Shown piece after piece: positions 40,867 to 50,701 of a DNA stretch of 64,000 nt. The notes beneath the pieces were generated by a model that was not told where the DNA came from, did not search any database, and saw only the letters and a program-made list of their open reading frames with translations. A program made the position numbers and the translations under genes. Within the stretch, counting starts at the first letter, position 1, and the number at the start of each line of letters is the position of its first letter. Location: positions 2,752,001 to 2,816,000 of the forward strand of contig OZ251459.1 in assembly GCA_965242525.1 (NCBI GenBank), in the 5' to 3' direction. The stretch is from an uncultured Candidatus Binatia bacterium. GTDB lineage: Bacteria; Desulfobacterota; Binatia; UBA9968; JAJDTQ01.

Positions 40867-41688
40867 ATGAAGTCGAACGCGTTGGGCTTGGTCGTGTGCG
40901 GCGTGGGGGGGAGGATGGGCGGGGTCCTGGTGCGGCTGGTCCGGGAGACCTCGGGGGTCGCGCTGGCGGGGGCGGTGGACCGGCCCGGCGGCAGACGGGT
41001 GGGGCGGGACGCGGGCGAGGCGGCGGGGGCGGGGCGCATGGGCGTGGCCGTCGGGGACCGCATCGAGGCGTTGCTTGGGCCGGGGCGGGTGATCGTGGAC
41101 TTCACCGCGCCGGAGGCGTCCGTGGTCCACATGGAGGCCGCGGCCGAGACCGGGACCCCCATCGTCATCGGGACCACCGGCTTCGACGCGGGACAGCTTC
41201 GGCGGATCCGCAGGCTTGCGGCGCGGACCCCCACCGTCCTCGCCCCCAACATGAGCCTCGGGGCGAACCTGCTGCTGGGCTTGGTGGGACAGGCGGCCCG
41301 CAGCCTGGGCGACGCGTACGACGTGGAGATCGTGGAGGCGCACCACCGTTTCAAGAAGGACGCCCCGAGCGGCACCGCCCTGGCCCTGGCCGGGGCCGTG
41401 GGCGAGGCCCTGGGGCGGAGGGCCGAGCGCGTGGGGGTGGCGGGGCGCAGCGGGTTTTCCAGGAGGCGGAAAACCGACATCGGCCTGCTCTCCGTGCGCG
41501 CGGGAGACATCGCCGGCGAGCACACGGTCCTGTTCGGCGGCATCGGCGAGCGCGTGGAGATGACCCACCGGGCCCACACCCCGGAGGCGTTCGGGCGCGG
41601 GGCCATCCGGGCGGCCCGATGGGTTGCGGTCCGGGAAAACGGCCTCTATACCATGCAGGACGTGCTGGGGTTGGCGTCCCGTGGTTGA
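40867..41688 (+). CDS. dapB: 4-hydroxy-tetrahydrodipicolinate reductase
   Basis: GVGGRMG, DFTAP, IGTTG, APNMSLG, EAHHRFKKDAPSGTA. Confidence 0.95.
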   Translation: MKSNALGLVVCGVGGRMGGVLVRLVRETSGVALAGAVDRPGGRRVGRDAGEAAGAGRMGVAVGDRIEALLGPGRVIVDFTAPEASVVHMEAAAETGTPIVIGTTGFDAGQLRRIRRLAARTPTVLAPNMSLGANLLLGLVGQAARSLGDAYDVEIVEAHHRFKKDAPSGTALALAGAVGEALGRRAERVGVAGRSGFSRRRKTDIGLLSVRAGDIAGEHTVLFGGIGERVEMTHRAHTPEAFGRGAIRAARWVAVRENGLYTMQDVLGLASRG

Positions 41689-41728
41689 CATGGGGAGCCT
41701 TCTATACTAATCAGGGTCTCTACTCTCA

Positions 41729-42079
41729 GTGGCTTCGGAACCTTCAAAATCGGACCATGAGTCTGCGGAAGAAGAGGTGGAGCGGCTCGCCGAGCGGATC
41801 GGCAGGCTGATCCGTTCCGTCGAACCCGAGATGCGGGAGGACCTGAAGGAACTGGCCTTCTCGCTGGTGCGCGAGGAGTTGATCCGGGGCGAGGAGCCGC
41901 AGACGGGCGAGGGCGGTTCCGCGGCGCCGGCGCCGATGAACCCCCTGGGCGCCGGGGTGCTGTTCCTGCTGTTGGGGGCAGGCCTTTCTTTCGTGTTCGG
42001 GCCGGTGGGTCTGGCGCTGATGGCCGGAGGCCTGTTCTTCATCGTCTGGGGGGCCGCCATAAGCTGGCTGAAGAAGTAG
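41729..42079 (+). CDS. Small membrane protein, hypothetical
   Basis: Acidic N-terminus and two C-terminal TM helices; ends 7 bp before the Rieske gene. Confidence 0.65.
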   Translation: MASEPSKSDHESAEEEVERLAERIGRLIRSVEPEMREDLKELAFSLVREELIRGEEPQTGEGGSAAPAPMNPLGAGVLFLLLGAGLSFVFGPVGLALMAGGLFFIVWGAAISWLKK

Positions 42080-42086
42080 GGGCGCG

Positions 42087-42611
42087 ATGGCTGCGAACGA
42101 GAAAAGGGAAATCAAGAGGGGCATCTGGAGTCGTCGGGACTTCTTCGGTCGGCTTGGCTGGTGCGGTTTCGGGGTGTTCTCCCTGGTCAGCCTCTTCGGC
42201 TTCCTCCGGTCTGCGTTTCCGCGGGTGCTGTTCAAGCCCCCCTCCACGTTCAAGGCCGGTTTCCCTTCCGACTACACGGTCGGCGAGGTGAGCGAGAAGT
42301 TCAAGAAGGATTACCGGGTGTGGATCGTGCGCGAGGAGGCGGGCTTCTACGCGGTCTTCGCCAAGTGCACCCACCTGGGCTGCACCCCGCGCTGGCTCGC
42401 GGCCGAGGCCAAGTTCAAGTGTCCCTGCCACGGCAGCGGCTTCTTCAAGTCGGGGCTGAACTTCGAAGGGCCGGCGCCCCGGCCCCTGGACCGGTTCGAG
42501 ATCGCGCTGGCGGAAGACGGCCAGCTCATCGTGGACAAGGCGAAGGAGTACCGGATGGCCCCGGGCGCGGAGCCGGACGAGCAGCACCCCAACAGCATCC
42601 TCAAGGCTTGA
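42087..42611 (+). CDS. Rieske 2Fe-2S subunit of a Rieske/cytochrome b complex
   Basis: Tat motif SRRDFF, CTHLGC, CPCHGS, GPAPRPL. Confidence 0.93.
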   Translation: MAANEKREIKRGIWSRRDFFGRLGWCGFGVFSLVSLFGFLRSAFPRVLFKPPSTFKAGFPSDYTVGEVSEKFKKDYRVWIVREEAGFYAVFAKCTHLGCTPRWLAAEAKFKCPCHGSGFFKSGLNFEGPAPRPLDRFEIALAEDGQLIVDKAKEYRMAPGAEPDEQHPNSILKA

Positions 42612-42619
42612 GACGGACC

Positions 42620-43390
42620 ATGATCAACCTGGAACAGATCAAGAAGGACATCGTGGAGAGCCATGTCTGGAAGTCCATCTTCCGGCACGGCTACGAGGAC
42701 ACGCCCAGGAACCGCGTGCTCATGGTCACGGGCAACGTGTGGATGCACCTGCACCCCGCCAAGGTCCGCAAGCACGCCGTGCGCATGCGCTTCACCTGGT
42801 GCATGGGGGGGCTCACCTTCCTCATGTTCCTGCTCACGGTGGTGACCGGCATCTACCTCATGTTCTACTACCGTCCGGTGCCCCAGTACGCCTACGCGGA
42901 CATGAAGTACCTGGAGTTCGACATGCCCTTCGGCATGCTCATGCGCAACATGCACCGGTGGGCCGCCCACGCCATGGTCATATTCGTGTGGCTGCACATG
43001 TTCCGGGTCTTCCTCACCGGCTCCTACAAGCCGCCGCGGGAGTTCAACTGGATCGTCGGCGTGCTGCTGCTGGTGCTGACCCTGCTGCTGAGCTTCACGG
43101 GCTACCTGCTGCCGTGGGACCAGCTCGCCATCTGGGCCGTGACCGTGGGCTCCAACATGGCGCGGGCCACGCCGCTCCTGGGGCACGAAGGCCCCTTCGC
43201 CGAGCTGGTGGGGGCCAACCCGGTGTACGATGCGCGCGCGTTCCTGTTCGGCGGCGGCGAGATCGGTCCGCACACGCTGCTGCGTTTCTACATACTCCAC
43301 TGCATCTTCATCCCGCTGGTGGCCAGCCTGCTCATGGCGGTGCACTTCTGGCGCATCCGCAGGGACGGCTTTTCCGGCCCTCCGCTATAA
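42620..43390 (+). CDS. Cytochrome b6-like N-terminal subunit
   Basis: WCMGG (heme ci Cys), RNMHRWAAH, HMFRVF, FTGYLLPWDQ, RFYILH. Confidence 0.92.
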   Translation: MINLEQIKKDIVESHVWKSIFRHGYEDTPRNRVLMVTGNVWMHLHPAKVRKHAVRMRFTWCMGGLTFLMFLLTVVTGIYLMFYYRPVPQYAYADMKYLEFDMPFGMLMRNMHRWAAHAMVIFVWLHMFRVFLTGSYKPPREFNWIVGVLLLVLTLLLSFTGYLLPWDQLAIWAVTVGSNMARATPLLGHEGPFAELVGANPVYDARAFLFGGGEIGPHTLLRFYILHCIFIPLVASLLMAVHFWRIRRDGFSGPPL

Positions 43391-43433
43391 GAGTCCACGG
43401 GGTTCGTCGTTCCAGGGGAAAGGTAGCGAGGGC

Positions 43434-44204
43434 ATGGCTCAGGCCGAGGAAAGAAGCCGGGCGATCATCGTGGACGACAAGATCCACACGTGGCCGCACC
43501 TGGTCCGGGGCGAGTTCCTGGTGACCATATTCGTGCTGGTGGCCATGGCGTTGTGGTCGCTGCTGGTGGACGCGCCGCTGGAGGAGCCCGCCAACCCCGC
43601 CCGCACCCCCAACCCGTCCAAGGCCCCCTGGTACTTCCTCGGCCTGCAGGAGATGCTGGTCTATTTCGACCCGTGGTACGCGGGGGTGGTGCTGCCCACG
43701 TTCATCATCATCGGCCTGATGGTGGTCCCCTTCATCGACATCAACCCCAAGGGCAACGGCTACTACGCCTTCAAGGACCGCAAGTGGGAGATCCTCACCT
43801 TCTACCTGGGGTTCCACGTCCTGTGGGTGGTCACCATCATCATCGGCACGTTCTTCCGTGGCCCCGGGTGGAACCTGTTCTGGCCGTGGCAGCGCTGGGA
43901 CCCCCACAAGGTGGTGGCGCTCACCAACGTGGACCTGCCGTACCTGGTGGGCCTGCGGGACTACTGGGCCATGGCCGCCTTCGGGTTCGTCCTGGTGCTG
44001 CTCTACTTCGTGGTCTCGGTGTGGCTGTTCTACAAGTGGGTCATCTGGATCAAGGGCAGGGAGTTCATGGTCCGGTGGGGCGCCGTCCGGTTCGCCATAA
44101 CGGCCTTCCTCTTCGTGACGATGATGGGGCTCCCGGTCAAGATGTTCTTGCGGCTGGTCTTCAACATCAAGTACATCATGGTTACCCCCTGGCTCAACAT
44201 CTGA
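43434..44204 (+). CDS. Cytochrome b C-terminal subunit (subunit IV-like, extended)
   Basis: APLEEPANP..TPNPSKAPWYF (PEWY variant); additional TM helices. Confidence 0.85.
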   Translation: MAQAEERSRAIIVDDKIHTWPHLVRGEFLVTIFVLVAMALWSLLVDAPLEEPANPARTPNPSKAPWYFLGLQEMLVYFDPWYAGVVLPTFIIIGLMVVPFIDINPKGNGYYAFKDRKWEILTFYLGFHVLWVVTIIIGTFFRGPGWNLFWPWQRWDPHKVVALTNVDLPYLVGLRDYWAMAAFGFVLVLLYFVVSVWLFYKWVIWIKGREFMVRWGAVRFAITAFLFVTMMGLPVKMFLRLVFNIKYIMVTPWLNI

Positions 44205-44371
44205 TGTTCTACGTGGCAAAGCTCCTCCAGGCCCTGGGCATTGCAGACGTGGGTTACGCGGTGTTCGTGGGCGTCTTCCAGGGCATCGCAATGGCCGAGG
44301 AGATCGTCCTGACCCTCATCGGCGTGGCGGTGTTCTCGCTGGGGCGCCTGTTGGAGAGCAAGGCGGCCTGA
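44204..44371 (+). CDS. Small hydrophobic protein (55 aa)
   Basis: TGATG coupling to the upstream gene; two hydrophobic segments (MFYVAKLLQALG...). Confidence 0.6.
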   Translation: MFYVAKLLQALGIADVGYAVFVGVFQGIAMAEEIVLTLIGVAVFSLGRLLESKAA

Positions 44372-44426
44372 GTCCGCCGCAAGACGGCGGCAGGCCGGAT
44401 CCTCTGCGTGCGGCAAGGGAGAGTGA

Positions 44427-47150
44427 ATGGCGGTTCGCGGCGTCGATCCCGACGAAGAAAAGAAATCCTACGGGACGGCCTTTTTCGTAGGCTCCATCCT
44501 CCTGGTGGTGGTGTCCCTGTGGGCGGTCTTCGACGACAACTTCACGAGACGGGTGTGGAAGGTCCACCAGTCGGAGTTCTTCCGCACGGATTACGAGCGC
44601 GCCGCGGCGGCGTTGGCCGGGGAACAGGAGCGCCTGGACGCGGACCCCGAGTACCAGGAGCTGGTGCGGAAGCGGGACGCCGAAGCCCGGAGCCTGGAGA
44701 GCGGCGAGAAGGGCGCCCGGCTGGCCGCGCTCAGGGAGCGCCTCGCCCAGGTGGAGGTGGAGTTCTTCGACGCCGACCAGAACGTCAAGTTCGTCAAGAG
44801 CGAGCTCGAAGAGGCCTGGTACGAGTTCGACCACGCGGTCCAGCAGGGGCGCGACGGCAGTCCCTACAGGAAGCACATCGCCGAGCTGGACGAGGTCCGG
44901 CACTCGCTGGAGCCGGCCCTGGAAGCCGCGCGCAAGGAGCGCGTGGACCTGAAGGCCGAGATCAAGGCGCTGGAGAGCGGGGTCAAGGAGATCGAGGAAG
45001 AGATCTACGGGCTGGAAGGCGAGAAACGGAAGTGGCGGCGCCAGATGGACAACGCCACCGTCACCGTCGGCCCGGAGGGTCTCCCGCAGTTCACGCTGTA
45101 CAAGGTCCCCAAGATCGAACAGGTGGTGCTCAAGGACTTCGACCGCAACAACTTCGACCAGATGGTGGACCGGGTGGACCGCTGCCAGACGTGCCACATC
45201 GCCGTCAACCGGGAGGGTTTCGACGACCTCCCGCATCCCCTCAGGACCCATCCCAAGCGGAGGCTGTTCCTGGGCGACGCGGCGCACCCGCCGAGGATCT
45301 ACGGCTGCACCACCTGCCACGACGGACAGGGCGAAGCGGTGAACAGCCTGGCCCAGGCCCACGGCCATGTGAAGTTCTGGGAGCATCCGCTGCACGAGGG
45401 CGACGACGTCCAGGCCAACTGCGTCACCTGCCACCTGAACGTCCAGGGCCTGGAGGGCGCGGAAGTCGTGGGACGGGGGCAGCGCATATTCGAGCAGGTG
45501 GGTTGCACGGGTTGCCACCTGGTGGAAGGCTACGACGACATCCCCAAGGTGGGTCCGAGCCTCCGGCGGGTCCGCGCCAAGCTGGATCCCGGCTGGATGG
45601 TCCGGTGGATCCTGGACCCCCGGGCGTACCGGCCCCATACCCGGATGCCCCACTTCTATTTCGACGAGGACCAGGCGCTGGCCGCGGCCTCCTACCTGTG
45701 GTCCGCGTCCAGGAAGGATGCGGAGGCATGGCTGGCTGAGCACCCCATGCCCGAGGGTTACCGGCCCGACCACCCGGCCACGGTCGAAAAGGGCGCGGAG
45801 CTCGCCCGTTCGCTTGGGTGCCAGGGGTGCCACGGCTTGGCCGAGGGCGAGTTCGCCACCCGCATCGCGGGCAAGGACTTGGTCCCCAACCTCAAGGACA
45901 TCGCCGCCAAGGTAGGGCCTCGATGGACCTACAACTGGCTGCGGAACCCCGAGAGCTACAACCCCGACACGCGGATGCCGAGCCTGCGCCTGACCGACGA
46001 CGAGGCCTTGGCCCTCACCGCCTACCTCATGACGCTGGGAACGAAACCGGAACCCGCCCCCGAGTTGGCCGCGCGCCTCGATGACCCGGCCAACGTGGCC
46101 GAGGGCGAGAAGCTGGTGCGGAAATACGGCTGCGCCGGTTGCCACGACATCCCCGGGATGGAGAATGAGTCCCGCATCGGCGTCGAGTTGACGGTCTTCG
46201 GCTCCAAGCCCCTGGAAGAGCTGTTCTTCGGCAACGAGACGGAGGTCCCGCATACCTGGAGCGACTGGACCTACCACAAGGTCCTCAACCCCCGCGTGTA
46301 CGCCACCGAGCGCGTGGAGCAGTTGATGCCCCATTTCGACCTCCCCGGCGAGGACATCGAGGCGCTGCGGGTGCTGCTGCGCGGTTTCGTAGAGCGCAAG
46401 GTGCCCGAGGCGTTCCGGGCGGACCGTTCCGAGCGCGCCGCGCAGATATCCAGGGGCCGCCGCAAGATCCAGGAATACAACTGCGTGGGCTGCCACGTGG
46501 TGGACGGGGACGGCGGGTACGTTCGCAAGTATTACGAGGAGAGTCCGACCCTGGCGCCACCGGTGCTCGACGGCGAAGGCGAGAAGGTCCAGCCCAACTG
46601 GTTGTTCGGCTTCCTGCAGAACCCGCAGCCGGGCATCCGGCCGTGGCTCAGGATCCGCATGCCCAGCTTCGGTTTCGACGCCCCGCAGGCCGACGTCTTC
46701 GTGGACTATTTCGCCGCCCGGTCCGACGTGGAGATCCCCTACGTCCACTTCGACGAAGCGCAGGCCCCCGCGGGTTACCTGGAAGCCGGCCGCAAGCTGT
46801 TCTCCGACGACTACTTCGAGTGCGGCAACTGCCACCAGCAGGGGGACAAGAAGCCGGAGGGCCCGGTGGAGGACTGGGCGCCGGACCTGAACCTGGCCTA
46901 CCGGAGGTTGAACCCGGACTGGATCGAGAAGTGGATCCTCGACCCGCAGAAGCTGGAGCCGGGGACCAGGATGCCCTCCTTCTATCCGGGCGGACCCGAG
47001 GACATCCTCGACGGGGACGAGAAGAAGCAGATCGAGGCGCTGACCGACTACATCATGAGTCTGGGCCTCGGGCCGGCCAAGGCCGCCAGGGCGCGAGGCG
47101 CGTCCGCCGCGGCCGGGACCGGTGTTGCGGAAACGAACAAACGGGGCTAG
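44427..47150 (+). CDS. Membrane-anchored octaheme cytochrome c with coiled-coil stalk
   Basis: N-terminal TM, charged helical region, 8 CxxCH motifs (CQTCH, CTTCH, CVTCH, CTGCH, CQGCH, CAGCH, CVGCH, CGNCH), repeated TRMP motifs. Confidence 0.9.
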   Translation: MAVRGVDPDEEKKSYGTAFFVGSILLVVVSLWAVFDDNFTRRVWKVHQSEFFRTDYERAAAALAGEQERLDADPEYQELVRKRDAEARSLESGEKGARLAALRERLAQVEVEFFDADQNVKFVKSELEEAWYEFDHAVQQGRDGSPYRKHIAELDEVRHSLEPALEAARKERVDLKAEIKALESGVKEIEEEIYGLEGEKRKWRRQMDNATVTVGPEGLPQFTLYKVPKIEQVVLKDFDRNNFDQMVDRVDRCQTCHIAVNREGFDDLPHPLRTHPKRRLFLGDAAHPPRIYGCTTCHDGQGEAVNSLAQAHGHVKFWEHPLHEGDDVQANCVTCHLNVQGLEGAEVVGRGQRIFEQVGCTGCHLVEGYDDIPKVGPSLRRVRAKLDPGWMVRWILDPRAYRPHTRMPHFYFDEDQALAAASYLWSASRKDAEAWLAEHPMPEGYRPDHPATVEKGAELARSLGCQGCHGLAEGEFATRIAGKDLVPNLKDIAAKVGPRWTYNWLRNPESYNPDTRMPSLRLTDDEALALTAYLMTLGTKPEPAPELAARLDDPANVAEGEKLVRKYGCAGCHDIPGMENESRIGVELTVFGSKPLEELFFGNETEVPHTWSDWTYHKVLNPRVYATERVEQLMPHFDLPGEDIEALRVLLRGFVERKVPEAFRADRSERAAQISRGRRKIQEYNCVGCHVVDGDGGYVRKYYEESPTLAPPVLDGEGEKVQPNWLFGFLQNPQPGIRPWLRIRMPSFGFDAPQADVFVDYFAARSDVEIPYVHFDEAQAPAGYLEAGRKLFSDDYFECGNCHQQGDKKPEGPVEDWAPDLNLAYRRLNPDWIEKWILDPQKLEPGTRMPSFYPGGPEDILDGDEKKQIEALTDYIMSLGLGPAKAARARGASAAAGTGVAETNKRG

Positions 47151-47185
47151 GCTGGAGAAGAGACGCCTCAGAAGGAGAGACAGAC

Positions 47186-47896
47186 ATGAACCGCAGTTTC
47201 GCAACCCTCGCCGTGCTGTTCCTTTCGATGACGGTTCCGCCTGCCCTGGGCGCTTACGTGGGAGGCGACGTCTCCAACGGCGGATCGATCTCGGGCGCCG
47301 TGCTGTTCGAGGGGACCGTGCCCAAGCCCAAGAAGCTCAAGGTCACCAAGGACAAGAAGCGGTGCGACCAGTCGCCCAAGTTCGACCAGTCCCTGGTGGC
47401 CAAGGACGGCAAGCTGGTGAACGCGGTGGTCTATATCCGCGAGATCGAGAAGGGCAAGAAGATGGACATGTCGGGGGTCACCCTCGACCAGAACGGTTGC
47501 GAGTACCAGCCGCACGTCCTCGCCGTTCCCGCGGGCGCGGACGTCACCATCCTGAACCCGGACAAGGTGCTCCACAACATCCACACCTACAGCAAGGTCA
47601 ACAAGCCCATGAACCGGGCCCAGCCGAAGTTCAAGAAGAAGCTCAAGGTGAAGTTCGACAAGCCGGAGATCATGGAGGTCAAGTGCGACGTCCACGGCTG
47701 GATGGGCGGCTGGATCTTCGTGGCCGGCAACCCCTACTACAGCGTCACCGGGGAGGACGGCGCGTTCAGCCTCACCGACGTGCCCGCGGGCAGTTACAAG
47801 GTCGAGCTCTGGCACGAGACCCTGGGCACGCAGTCCGTGGAAGTCGAAGTGAAGGCCGGAGAGACCGCCAGGGTCGATTTCAAGTTCGCCGGCTGA
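47186..47896 (+). CDS. Secreted cupredoxin-like protein with carboxypeptidase-regulatory-like domain
   Basis: Signal peptide; LDQNGCEYQPHV, HNIH, CDVHGWM; AGGAG RBS. Confidence 0.8.
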   Translation: MNRSFATLAVLFLSMTVPPALGAYVGGDVSNGGSISGAVLFEGTVPKPKKLKVTKDKKRCDQSPKFDQSLVAKDGKLVNAVVYIREIEKGKKMDMSGVTLDQNGCEYQPHVLAVPAGADVTILNPDKVLHNIHTYSKVNKPMNRAQPKFKKKLKVKFDKPEIMEVKCDVHGWMGGWIFVAGNPYYSVTGEDGAFSLTDVPAGSYKVELWHETLGTQSVEVEVKAGETARVDFKFAG

Positions 47897-47948
47897 GCCG
47901 CCCCGTCCGCACTCGCCGCGGCGCCGGTCATCGCGCGCCGCGGCGCGA

Positions 47949-48632
47949 CTACATCCCCACACGGTTCCTGAAGAAGTTCCAGGCGCGTTCCATGTCCGGG
48001 GGCGGGAGGGCCTCCCTCTGCCGCGGGCCCGCGGCCTCCCGGGGAAGGAACCGCGGCTTGCCCACCTGCATGGCGCCGTAGAGCACCTGCGCCGCTTCCT
48101 CCAGGTAGATGGCCATCATCACCGCTTCCGGGACGGTCCTGCCCACGGTCACCTGCCCGTTCCCCTGGAGCAGCACCGCGGGCCCGTCGGACAGGGCCGC
48201 GGCCGCGCCCTCGCCCAGGGCGCGGGTGGAGACGAGGTCGATGGTCCTGAAGACCGGCACCCCGCCGCTGAAGAAGCTGCCGTGGTTGTGCACCGCGTCC
48301 AGAGGCGTGTCCGTCACCGAGAAGACGTTGGCGGTCCGGGCGTGGATGCGCGTGACCGCGTTCACGTCCGGCCGGGCGTTGAAGACCGCGGTGTGGAGCG
48401 CGGTCTCGAACGGCGGCGGCGCCGGCGCTTCCAGCACCTGCCCTTGCAGGTTCAGGACCACGAGCTGGCTTGCCTCCACCAACTCCAGGCTGACCCGCGG
48501 GGTGATCACGAACAGGTCCGAGTCCGGGATCCGGGCGCTCACGTGGCCGAAACCCTGCACCAGGCCCTCACGGCTCAAGATCCGCGCCGCGGCGATGACG
48601 TCCTCGTTGAGTTGCTCGACTCCGTCCGGCAT
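47949..48632 (-). CDS. Class II aldolase/adducin family protein
   Basis: GFGHVSAR, ETALHTAVFNARPDV, VLLQGNG, YLEEAA. Confidence 0.85.
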   Translation of the reverse strand: MPDGVEQLNEDVIAAARILSREGLVQGFGHVSARIPDSDLFVITPRVSLELVEASQLVVLNLQGQVLEAPAPPPFETALHTAVFNARPDVNAVTRIHARTANVFSVTDTPLDAVHNHGSFFSGGVPVFRTIDLVSTRALGEGAAAALSDGPAVLLQGNGQVTVGRTVPEAVMMAIYLEEAAQVLYGAMQVGKPRFLPREAAGPRQREALPPPDMERAWNFFRNRVGM

Positions 48633-48732
48633 CCTTCGTCTCCCACTTCGGCTTCGAGGATAACTCCGGTCCCCTCCCCCCGAACTCCGATTACTACCAC
48701 ACGTACCGGCGTGCTGACCAGCCAGGCATCGA

Positions 48733-48939
48733 GGAACATCTGGACGATCGGGACATGCAGGATGGATTCCCTCGCCCCGACCCTCCTATCCCCGTTCGCC
48801 CCGAACGTAGCGAAGCGGAGTCCCTCCGTTCATGCCGAGCGTAGCGAAAAGCGGAAGCCCCCTTCCGTTCGTCCTGAGCGTAGCGAAGCGGAGTCGAAGG
48901 ACGCGCTCATGCCCCCTGTCCCGATTGTTCAGAGGTTCC
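48733..48939. mobile_element. MITE family A copy with triplicated REP core
   Basis: GGAACATCTGGACGATCG ... CGATTGTTCAGAGGTTCC; flanks TCGA / TTGA. Confidence 0.75.
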
Positions 48940-49243
48940 TTGATTTCGGGGCGTTTGCGAGCGACGTAGTTGTCGGCGGTCATAGGGCCGCCGACCGGGC
49001 GGCTCAAGGATCCCCTCGTTCCTTACGCGAGGGAGAGGTTGCAACCTGTTGAAATTACGGGCAAAATGTAACTTGTCATTGCAAGATGGCACGTTGCCGA
49101 GCCTGCTGGGGGAGTGCGGACATGCTCATCAAGCTCTGGAAGAGGCGAACCCGAAGCCCATTACCATTCCGAACAAGCCGGGCTACCGTGACCCCGATGC
49201 AATCCCTAGCGGAACGTGGGAGACGTTCGAGCGTATCCCGGGA

Positions 49244-49277
49244 CCGTCCTGAGCGAAGCGAAATCGAAGGACGCGCT
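49244..49277 (+). repeat. Degenerate REP-like core
   Basis: CCGTCCTGAGCGAAGCGAAATCGAAGGACGCGC. Confidence 0.65.
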
Positions 49278-49321
49278 TTCACGGAAACGCCGCCTATACC
49301 CTCCATGCAGGGAAGAAGCCC

Positions 49322-50434
49322 ATGATGAAGAACAGGCTCGATTCCATAACCCTCAAGGGCTTCAAGACCATTCAATCCCTGGATGACTTCAAGCCCGGTT
49401 CGTTGACGGTGCTCATTGGCCCCAACGGAGTGGGCAAGTCTAACTTCATCTCGTTCTTCCGCATGATGAGATGGGCGCTGGGGGATGAGGGCGGCCTCCC
49501 GGAATACGTGGCGCGGCAAGGAGGCGCAAGCGCGCTCCTGCACGACGGTTCCGATCGCAGCCGCGAGATCGAAGCCGAACTGACGATCCGAACCGTTCGC
49601 GGCGAGAACCAATATGGTTTCCGTCTGATCCATGCGGCCGGAGACACACTGATATTCACCGTCGAACGCTACCGTTTCTCCAGCGAAAGCCGCGACGATA
49701 CGGCCCCCTGGCAGGGCGAGGACGAGGCCGGCCACCGCACTCCGAGCCTCACTCGACACGCCGACACCCACCGGACGGCTCTCGTCATTCGGAACCTCCT
49801 GCGCAGGATCATCGTGCACCAGTTTCACGACACCTCTGCGACCGCCCGTATCCGGAACAAATGGAACGTGCAAGACGCCCGTTATCTCAAGGAAGACGCA
49901 GCCAACCTCGTGCCGGTGCTGAATCGTCTGCAACAGCACGAACCCGATTACTACCGGCGGATCGTGGACACCATTCGCCTGATCCTGCCCTTCTTCTCGG
50001 ATTTCGAGTTGGTTCCCGACCATGGATACCTGCTGCTCGCCTGGCGTGAACGGGACAGTGACCGGGTGTTCGATGCGTCACAGGCATCGGACGGGATGCT
50101 CCGAGTCATGGCCCTCGTTACGCTCCTGCTTCAACCGAAAGACGACCTGCCTGACGTCCTGATCCTAGACGAACCGGAGCTTGGACTTCACCCCTACGCC
50201 ATCAACGTGATAGGCGGGCTGATACGCGCCGTGTCCACGAAAGTACAGGTCATTGCCGCTACCCAGTCCACGGCCTTCGTGGACAGCTTCGATCCCGAGC
50301 AAATAGTCGTCGTGGAGCGCGACGGACGCAGGTCCGTATTCCGACGGCTGGATTCCGACGGCCTGGCGGAGTGGCTCGGAGACTATTCGCTGTCCGAGCT
50401 ATGGGAGAAGAACGTGCTCGGCGGACGACCCTGA
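49322..50434 (+). CDS. ABC/AAA_21-type ATPase; no partner gene downstream
   Basis: LIGPNGVGKSN, ASDGMLR, ILDEPELGLHP, ATQS, YSLSELWEKNVLGGRP. Confidence 0.88.
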   Translation: MMKNRLDSITLKGFKTIQSLDDFKPGSLTVLIGPNGVGKSNFISFFRMMRWALGDEGGLPEYVARQGGASALLHDGSDRSREIEAELTIRTVRGENQYGFRLIHAAGDTLIFTVERYRFSSESRDDTAPWQGEDEAGHRTPSLTRHADTHRTALVIRNLLRRIIVHQFHDTSATARIRNKWNVQDARYLKEDAANLVPVLNRLQQHEPDYYRRIVDTIRLILPFFSDFELVPDHGYLLLAWRERDSDRVFDASQASDGMLRVMALVTLLLQPKDDLPDVLILDEPELGLHPYAINVIGGLIRAVSTKVQVIAATQSTAFVDSFDPEQIVVVERDGRRSVFRRLDSDGLAEWLGDYSLSELWEKNVLGGRP

Positions 50435-50505
50435 TTTCGGAGAATGGCTCAACCGCTTGGAAAGTATCGAGTAAGGATGACGCCGCGATGGGGAAGATTG
50501 ATCCC

Positions 50506-50607
50506 ATGACGTATTCTGAACTGCTATCGTGTATCACCGCACGCCCCGATGTCTTCAGCAAGGAGGACCGCAACATCGCCGCCTTCGAGATGGAGCGCGC
50601 AGTATAG
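50506..50607 (+). pseudogene. Possible N-terminal remnant of a DUF433-like antitoxin
   Basis: MTYSELLSCITARPDVF resembles the LLxRITxxPxVxGGKP start of DUF433 proteins, then diverges and stops. Confidence 0.35.
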
Positions 50608-50701
50608 GTCTGTCGCAGGGCCGACGCCGTCCTGTCCCGCTCCAACAGGCATCCATGGATGCAGGTTGAAGCCCTGACGACCCATACCAGGAGATTGACA
50701 C

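Noticed and set aside
41685-41713. TTGACA and TATACT as a sigma70 promoter
   Set aside because: Spacing is only 12 bp; no good -10 at 16-18 bp
48790-48905. Three CCGTTC...CGTAGCGAA units as a CRISPR array or ncRNA
   Set aside because: Internal tandem amplification of the REP core within a MITE; no unique spacers
49049-49325. Short ORFs upstream of the first ATPase
   Set aside because: No recognisable motif, and they end in a REP core; a gene remnant cannot be supported
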